Shown piece after piece: positions 58,884 to 64,000 of a DNA stretch of 64,000 nt. The notes beneath the pieces were generated by a model. That model was not told where the DNA came from, did no database searches, and was given only the letters and a program-made list of their open reading frames with translations. Source of the DNA: a virus (taxonomy: Duplodnaviria; Caudoviricetes); the IMG/VR virus record IMGVR_UViG_3300009181_000072, positions 1,916-65,915 of that record. One strand, given 5' to 3'. A program made the position numbers and the translations under genes. Within the stretch, counting starts at the first letter, position 1, and every line of letters begins with the position of its first letter.

Positions 58884-59144
58884 ATGGCTGAAAAGATCAA
58901 CAGCTTCATTGATGAGTTAGACAAGTTCGTGCCTGCCAAAAGCAAGCACACTGTCATAGAAAGTCGTGCCAGCCATATCATAGCCAGTGCAATCAATCTA
59001 GTACAGCTGATCCGAGAAAGCTATTCAGAAGAAGATGCGCAGGATCTGATCAAGCGATTGCATCGCAGCATAATAAGCGAGGATCAACGCAAGTTTGGCA
59101 GGAAGATCAAGGAATTGCGGGGAGCCGGCCATGAAACTAAGTGA
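58884..59144 (+). CDS. Hypothetical late protein
   Basis: GCTAAATA at 58853-58860; GAGG RBS. Confidence 0.7.
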   Translation: MAEKINSFIDELDKFVPAKSKHTVIESRASHIIASAINLVQLIRESYSEEDAQDLIKRLHRSIISEDQRKFGRKIKELRGAGHETK

Positions 59145-59841
59145 GTATGCACCAGATAGCCAACAAGAATTAGACGAGATTTGGGCAGGACTAGGTACCT
59201 GGCTGCGCAGTGTTGTACCTGGTAACACTGGCAGCATGGCCGGCGGCGAACGCGAGATGAACAGATACGTAGCTAAGTTTGTTAACGATATGATGCGACT
59301 AGCAGGACGTTACAAAGATGAAGATGACAACCCTATAACCGCTAAAACATTGCATCAATTACCAACCAGGGCGTTATATCTATTCATGACTACCGGAGCG
59401 ATGAAACTACCACCTGCAGAGATACAGGGGATACTAACTGCACTTGGTAAAAATAAAAAATTACGCATCCCAACTCCGCCTGGATTAAAAGCAGCTGATC
59501 TAAATTCAGATGATAGTACAATACAAAGTGTTTGGAATGTAACCGATCCTAAACTAGCAGAAGTACTGATAGACAAGCTTGTAAGCATTGCTGCATTACG
59601 CAAGATGGAAATTGAGAATCTCAATGGTGGTGCGCGAGCCCCGCAGGGAGCAGCAGGCGGAGCAGGCGGAGCAGGCGCAGCAGCAGGTGCAGCAGGTGCA
59701 GCAGCAGGTGGAGCAGCAGGTGGAGCAGCAGGTGGAGCAGCAGGTGGAGCAGCAGGTGGTAGTGCTGCAACTATACAGAGTTCTAACAATCGCATTGCTA
59801 TGGCGCAAAAAGCGCTTCAACAATTGGCAGGTGTGGCATGA
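59131..59841 (+). CDS. Probable internal head protein with Gly/Ala-rich tract
   Basis: MKLSE...ELDE N-term; GGAA repeats. Confidence 0.6.
   Translation: MKLSEYAPDSQQELDEIWAGLGTWLRSVVPGNTGSMAGGEREMNRYVAKFVNDMMRLAGRYKDEDDNPITAKTLHQLPTRALYLFMTTGAMKLPPAEIQGILTALGKNKKLRIPTPPGLKAADLNSDDSTIQSVWNVTDPKLAEVLIDKLVSIAALRKMEIENLNGGARAPQGAAGGAGGAGAAAGAAGAAAGGAAGGAAGGAAGGAAGGSAATIQSSNNRIAMAQKALQQLAGVA
59647..59760 (+). repeat. Tandem 9/12-bp repeats (GGAGCAGCAGGT) encoding poly-(GGAA)
   Basis: Visible in sequence. Confidence 0.85.
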
Positions 59842-61727
59842 AAGCGCATGAATTTAGAGATGAATTATTTGAATCGTTAGCATACGATACTGATGCAACG
59901 ACACTGCACCGACTCACTGAGATGCGAGATACGTTTGTCAGACCGTACAAGGCTTGGTTGAATAACAGCTTATATGCGACTAGATTAACTGAAGCAACTG
60001 CTATTGATCCAACTACCTATTCAAAGATCATGGCAGACTTCAGTGCGATGAAACCTGCTGGGAAACCAACTGCTGCGAGTTTAACTGATGTAGTACCAGA
60101 GAAGTTACAGCATCAATTCTACGACAAGATACCAGATGCTGAGAACAGCAAACCTGTTAAAGGATTTGCTGACAAAGCAAAGGCTGCACTCGCAGCAGTT
60201 AAAGATGCAGCCGCTAAGAAAGAATGGCTAAAACTTGCACAAACTGCTATCAAGAATCCAGATTTACAACAACTGGCATTGGTTGCACTATCTGGTGCTG
60301 CTGGCGCAGCTACATTGTTAGCTACAGCTAGTCCTCAGGCAGCAGGAGCAGTAGCAGGCGGATTAGCTAGCATTGCAAGAGCTAAAATGGCTGGACAAGA
60401 TTGGAAATCAGCAGCCAAGGCAGGCGCCAAAGGTGCTGCTATGGGACTGGCAGCTGGTGCAATTGGCGGATTAGCTGCTAGTACTATAGGGCAACTTGGT
60501 CACGCACTGCTCGGTAACACCGGTACTGCTGTAGCTGATAACATCTCAGAGCCCGAAACTTACGATGGTCCAGAAGAGATGTTAGATGCCCTCAAGAAAA
60601 TGATCAAAGCTGGTAAAATAACCGATCATAATAGTTTCAATGCAGCTATTAACGATTTGATAAAACACGATGCCAACACAGATCCCAGTTGGCAACAGAG
60701 TGACAAAGATGAACTTGTGGGGCTGATTAATAAGGCTGTAGGTAACAATAGCAACGGAACATTTACAGGTGGAACAGCTGAGATTGAGAAAGCGTTTGTT
60801 GGTCTCGAAAATCCAAATGCTGCCATAGGCTTTGATCGCGATATTGCCGGTGCTGCCCAAATGGGCAAAATGACGGGCAATGAGCAAGATTCATCTATGT
60901 TGTTAAAAAATGTTGTAGAATCTGTTGCGATAAACTATGCATTGCAGGTATTGCTAGAAGCTGAACCCACTCTTACTGACGAAGGTTTATATCTAGCACA
61001 GAAGAAAGCCGGATATAGCTATGACCAGATTAAGTCTATGTTTGACAAATGGGGGATTCCGCTGCCTGCTATAGCTGCAAAAGATGCTAGAACTACAAGT
61101 CAAGCCAAATCACAAGCACCGGCAGCAACTAGCACAACAGCACCTAACACAACAGCACCGGCAGCACCTAGCACAACAGCACCTAGCACAACAGCACCTA
61201 GCACAACAGCACCTACTGCAGCGCAGACACAAGCGCCTGCTATTAAGACCGGCGATGTCGCACTAGATAAAGAAGTTAACGCCAAGCTACGCAAAGAAGG
61301 CAAAGCTGCTGCCGAAGCATATCTACGAGAGATTATATGGCAAGAGCGTCAACAGATTCTTAGTTCTGCACAGGGAATACGTAGCGAGATAGCTAAACTG
61401 AAACCAGCACAAGCAAGACAAGTTATAGATATCCTCAAGGCGCAGAATATCACAGAAGCTATACGTTCGGCTCATCCAAACATCATACAGCAGATTGCAT
61501 TAGCAGTTGCTAAGCAAAAACCAAATGCTCGCGTTGCTATAATGCAAGATCTAAAACTCATTGCCGGTATTGTTAGTGCTAAGAAGCCAATTACCCCTGC
61601 TCAACCAGCAGCTACTCCAGCTGCTCCAGCTGCACCGGCAGCGCCTGCCAAACCTGCAGTTACACCCATGGCAGCACCAGTAGCAGCACCTGCCAGGCAG
61701 GTTGCAGAGCAAAGGCGCAAGCAGTGA
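59838..61727 (+). CDS. Ala-rich probable internal/ejection virion protein
   Basis: MKAHEF...LFES N-term, LTEA/LLEA/ITEA sites, glycine-zipper-like hydrophobic segments, PSTTA repeats. Confidence 0.6.
   Translation: MKAHEFRDELFESLAYDTDATTLHRLTEMRDTFVRPYKAWLNNSLYATRLTEATAIDPTTYSKIMADFSAMKPAGKPTAASLTDVVPEKLQHQFYDKIPDAENSKPVKGFADKAKAALAAVKDAAAKKEWLKLAQTAIKNPDLQQLALVALSGAAGAATLLATASPQAAGAVAGGLASIARAKMAGQDWKSAAKAGAKGAAMGLAAGAIGGLAASTIGQLGHALLGNTGTAVADNISEPETYDGPEEMLDALKKMIKAGKITDHNSFNAAINDLIKHDANTDPSWQQSDKDELVGLINKAVGNNSNGTFTGGTAEIEKAFVGLENPNAAIGFDRDIAGAAQMGKMTGNEQDSSMLLKNVVESVAINYALQVLLEAEPTLTDEGLYLAQKKAGYSYDQIKSMFDKWGIPLPAIAAKDARTTSQAKSQAPAATSTTAPNTTAPAAPSTTAPSTTAPSTTAPTAAQTQAPAIKTGDVALDKEVNAKLRKEGKAAAEAYLREIIWQERQQILSSAQGIRSEIAKLKPAQARQVIDILKAQNITEAIRSAHPNIIQQIALAVAKQKPNARVAIMQDLKLIAGIVSAKKPITPAQPAATPAAPAAPAAPAKPAVTPMAAPVAAPARQVAEQRRKQ
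61116..61214 (+). repeat. 15-bp tandem repeats (GCACCTAGCACAACA) encoding APSTT
   Basis: Visible in sequence. Confidence 0.85.
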
Positions 61728-62878
61728 GACACAGTGACATCATCATACCTCAGCGCTGGTTCATAACAGAAGCCAAAGCACGAATCGATCATCCAGAAGA
61801 CCTAGTGTTTGATGAAGGGTCGTCTGGGGCAAAGCGTGCCCTCAGTGCTATCATACACGCTGCTGAGCAACCGCACACCGTAACTATTAAGTGGGATGGT
61901 AGTCCTGCACTAGTGTTTGGGCGTGATGCAGAAGGTTTTACTCTCACAGACAACACTGGCTTTCGCAGCAAGAAGCCGGGCGGCATGCCTCGCAGTGCTA
62001 GTGATCTTGACAGTATGCTGTTCATGCGCAAGCCCAATGATCCTGGCAGGCAAGACTATGCCAGCAGCATAGCAGGGCTATACAACATGCTAGAGCGTGC
62101 AGTACCCGCTAACAAACACGAATACCTACAAGGTGATGTGCTGTGGACTGCTACACCGCCTGTGGTAGATGGTCATTATGTGTTCAAGCCAAACAAAGTC
62201 ACTTACCGCATACCAGTTGATAGTCCAGTAGGCAAGCGCATAGGCAAGAGCCGTGCAGGTATAGTGGTGCACAGCAGATTTGATAGCAAGGAAGATGAAG
62301 AACCGCGTGCTATAGGAGATATTTCCAGTAGTGGGCTGTCTGAAGTTCCCGGTTTGGTAATAATGGGCCCGGAGATAACTGATCTCGAGCAAATGCCATT
62401 ACCCGCTGCTATGACTGATACAGTTAGAAAATTCATTGATAGCAATGCTGCCAGCATAGACCGTTTCCTCAATTCAAGCAATCTCAGCACTAGGCAGCTG
62501 ACCAATCTACCAGAACTGATGAAAAAGTATGTGAACAGCAGGGCCTACTCTGGCACGCAAGGTCTTGGCGATGCAACCAATGGTTTCATAGACTGGATAA
62601 AGAGCGACAGCAGCGGGTTGAGTGATCGCAAGCGTGAGAACGTGCTAACCTGGATTAATGAGAATCCCAAGGGATATGGCGCTGCGTGGATGGTAGCAGA
62701 TCAATTGACCAAGCTCAAGGACATACTGCGCCGCAGCGTTGATACTCAAGTGGGTAATACAGTTAAAGCTGAACTCAGAGATGTACCTGGACACGAAGGT
62801 TACGTGGCCGACACGCCTAGTGGCAAGATCAAGTTAGTAAACAGACCGCACTTCATGAAGAAAGATCCGGTTGCATGA
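61724..62878 (+). CDS. Ligase-like nucleotidyltransferase-fold protein
   Basis: TIKWDGSPALVFG (KxDG), LQGD, HEGYV, IKLVNR. Confidence 0.6.
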   Translation: MRHSDIIIPQRWFITEAKARIDHPEDLVFDEGSSGAKRALSAIIHAAEQPHTVTIKWDGSPALVFGRDAEGFTLTDNTGFRSKKPGGMPRSASDLDSMLFMRKPNDPGRQDYASSIAGLYNMLERAVPANKHEYLQGDVLWTATPPVVDGHYVFKPNKVTYRIPVDSPVGKRIGKSRAGIVVHSRFDSKEDEEPRAIGDISSSGLSEVPGLVIMGPEITDLEQMPLPAAMTDTVRKFIDSNAASIDRFLNSSNLSTRQLTNLPELMKKYVNSRAYSGTQGLGDATNGFIDWIKSDSSGLSDRKRENVLTWINENPKGYGAAWMVADQLTKLKDILRRSVDTQVGNTVKAELRDVPGHEGYVADTPSGKIKLVNRPHFMKKDPVA

Positions 62879-63636
62879 AGATGTCTCTGATCAATTCATT
62901 AGAAGAAAACAAGCTATTGCGGGCTAAAAGACCTAGCAATTTCAATGCTAAAGACATGTCAGAGCTAGCATTCTTGTACATGGTAGCACTTCATATAATG
63001 CGCAGTGAATATGAAACTGCACCATTTGCACGTCAATATGCCAAGCAGACCATGCGACATGCTGGATTTGAACACACTGATCCACAGAACACCGATCTGT
63101 ATCAGTTTCTCAATGTGCTGCGCGACCACGATAGCCCCACTGCACAGCAGCTCAACCACCCAGATGCTAACGAACTGTTTTGGAATGAAGTGCATTTTAA
63201 TGGATCAACTGCAAAGCAACTGCTGACACAGATGTCGCAGGCGCATTACGACGGTACTGTGGCCAAGCGGTTGCTGATGTTGCTTGAGCAACAGTTGCAT
63301 ATCACCAACAGCAATTATCGCAGTGTGAGGCGATTGGCCAGCGAATGGAACACTGGACACCTAGACAGCGAACAAAAGAAACTAACAGTGACTCGACTGC
63401 TGCAAGCGTTACGATACAAAGCACAGCAAGGTGACATCATACAGCAGCTACAACATGTTGCTAGCGTAAACAACTATGAATTGACAGACGTGTGTGATCC
63501 AGAGACTGGTAAGGACTGTGGGGTTACTGCAGTTGCAGCTAATAAGAAGTCTGGTGGGTTTGGATTCATCAAGGGCCTAGCCATAGCTGCGGGTATAGCA
63601 GCAGCAGATCATCTATTAAAGAAAGCACGAGTATGA
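62875..63636 (+). CDS. Hypothetical (probable virion) protein
   Basis: 253 aa, coupled by ATGA overlaps. Confidence 0.65.
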   Translation: MKMSLINSLEENKLLRAKRPSNFNAKDMSELAFLYMVALHIMRSEYETAPFARQYAKQTMRHAGFEHTDPQNTDLYQFLNVLRDHDSPTAQQLNHPDANELFWNEVHFNGSTAKQLLTQMSQAHYDGTVAKRLLMLLEQQLHITNSNYRSVRRLASEWNTGHLDSEQKKLTVTRLLQALRYKAQQGDIIQQLQHVASVNNYELTDVCDPETGKDCGVTAVAANKKSGGFGFIKGLAIAAGIAAADHLLKKARV

Positions 63637-63830
63637 AAATCAGAGACATAGCCCCAGAGAACGACAAGTTTGTTGACATAATAGAAAGCGCAAGCGGTGG
63701 ATCTACCTCAGCTGGTAGCATAGCAAGTGTGGCCAATCCCATGGGTGCTGTGAATCACAGACCCAGTTTATTTGGATACATACCAGTGGAAGAACCTAAG
63801 CCGCGCAAAAAGCCCCGTAAGCGCAAGTGA
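63633..63830 (+). CDS. Small protein with IIES site and basic tail
   Basis: MKIRDI...IIESASGGSTSAGSIASVANP...RKKPRKRK. Confidence 0.6.
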   Translation: MKIRDIAPENDKFVDIIESASGGSTSAGSIASVANPMGAVNHRPSLFGYIPVEEPKPRKKPRKRK

Positions 63831-63842
63831 ATGCGCTGTTGG

Positions 63843-63850
63843 TATAAATA
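63843..63850 (+). promoter_or_regulatory. Canonical late promoter TATAAATA
   Basis: Exact motif upstream of AGGAG RBS and ATG 63894. Confidence 0.8.
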
Positions 63851-63893
63851 ATCTTAGCAAAGCAGTTTTGCATTAACTCTTAGGAGAGAAAAA

Positions 63894-64000
63894 ATGACTG
63901 ATCAAGTAAATGGCAACTACAAGGCCGGTTCGTTCCTCAGTGGACAGCCGCAGTGGTTCTCGTTCGCTACTCTGGCTCCAGTTGGCCAGACCAACGTCGA
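63894..64000 (+). CDS. 5' part of a late gene running off the window
   Basis: MTDQVNGNYKAGSFLSGQPQWF... open to the window end; strong RBS. Confidence 0.65.
   Translation, partial: MTDQVNGNYKAGSFLSGQPQWFSFATLAPVGQTNV

Noticed and set aside
59647-61214. CRISPR array
   Set aside because: The repeats are contiguous in-frame coding repeats with no unique spacers, and no cas genes are present.

Overview
This window is part of a large T4-related (jumbo, myovirus-type) phage genome. It carries recognisable core genes: neck gp13, dNMP kinase, an enlarged tail sheath, tail tube, gp4, large terminase, gp32 SSB, UvsX/UvsY/UvsW, primase, gp41 helicase and GroES/GroEL, plus many TAAATA late-promoter motifs. 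The main anomaly is a ~24 kb, visibly more AT-rich block (6780-30434) between the normally adjacent sheath and tube genes. It holds two convergent operons encoding 13 radical SAM enzymes (8 with an N-terminal twitch-like Fe-S domain, 3 with a C-terminal or split one, 2 B12-binding), 3 AspH-like 2OG-Fe(II) hydroxylases, 2 membrane desaturases and an SDR. I found no obvious precursor peptide, so the substrate is unknown. Other notable signals are a ~330-nt promoter-flanked, ORF-poor, highly base-paired candidate ncRNA upstream of groES; a CIRCE operator on the phage groESL; a 193-aa miniature DnaE-like polymerase; a ~150-aa module shared by the sheath and one of three tandem 'MGRPL' proteins; a UUU-UGA-C frameshift in a cytidylyltransferase-cupin gene; and apparently leaderless replication genes. 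All calls come from reading motifs by eye; no database searches were run.
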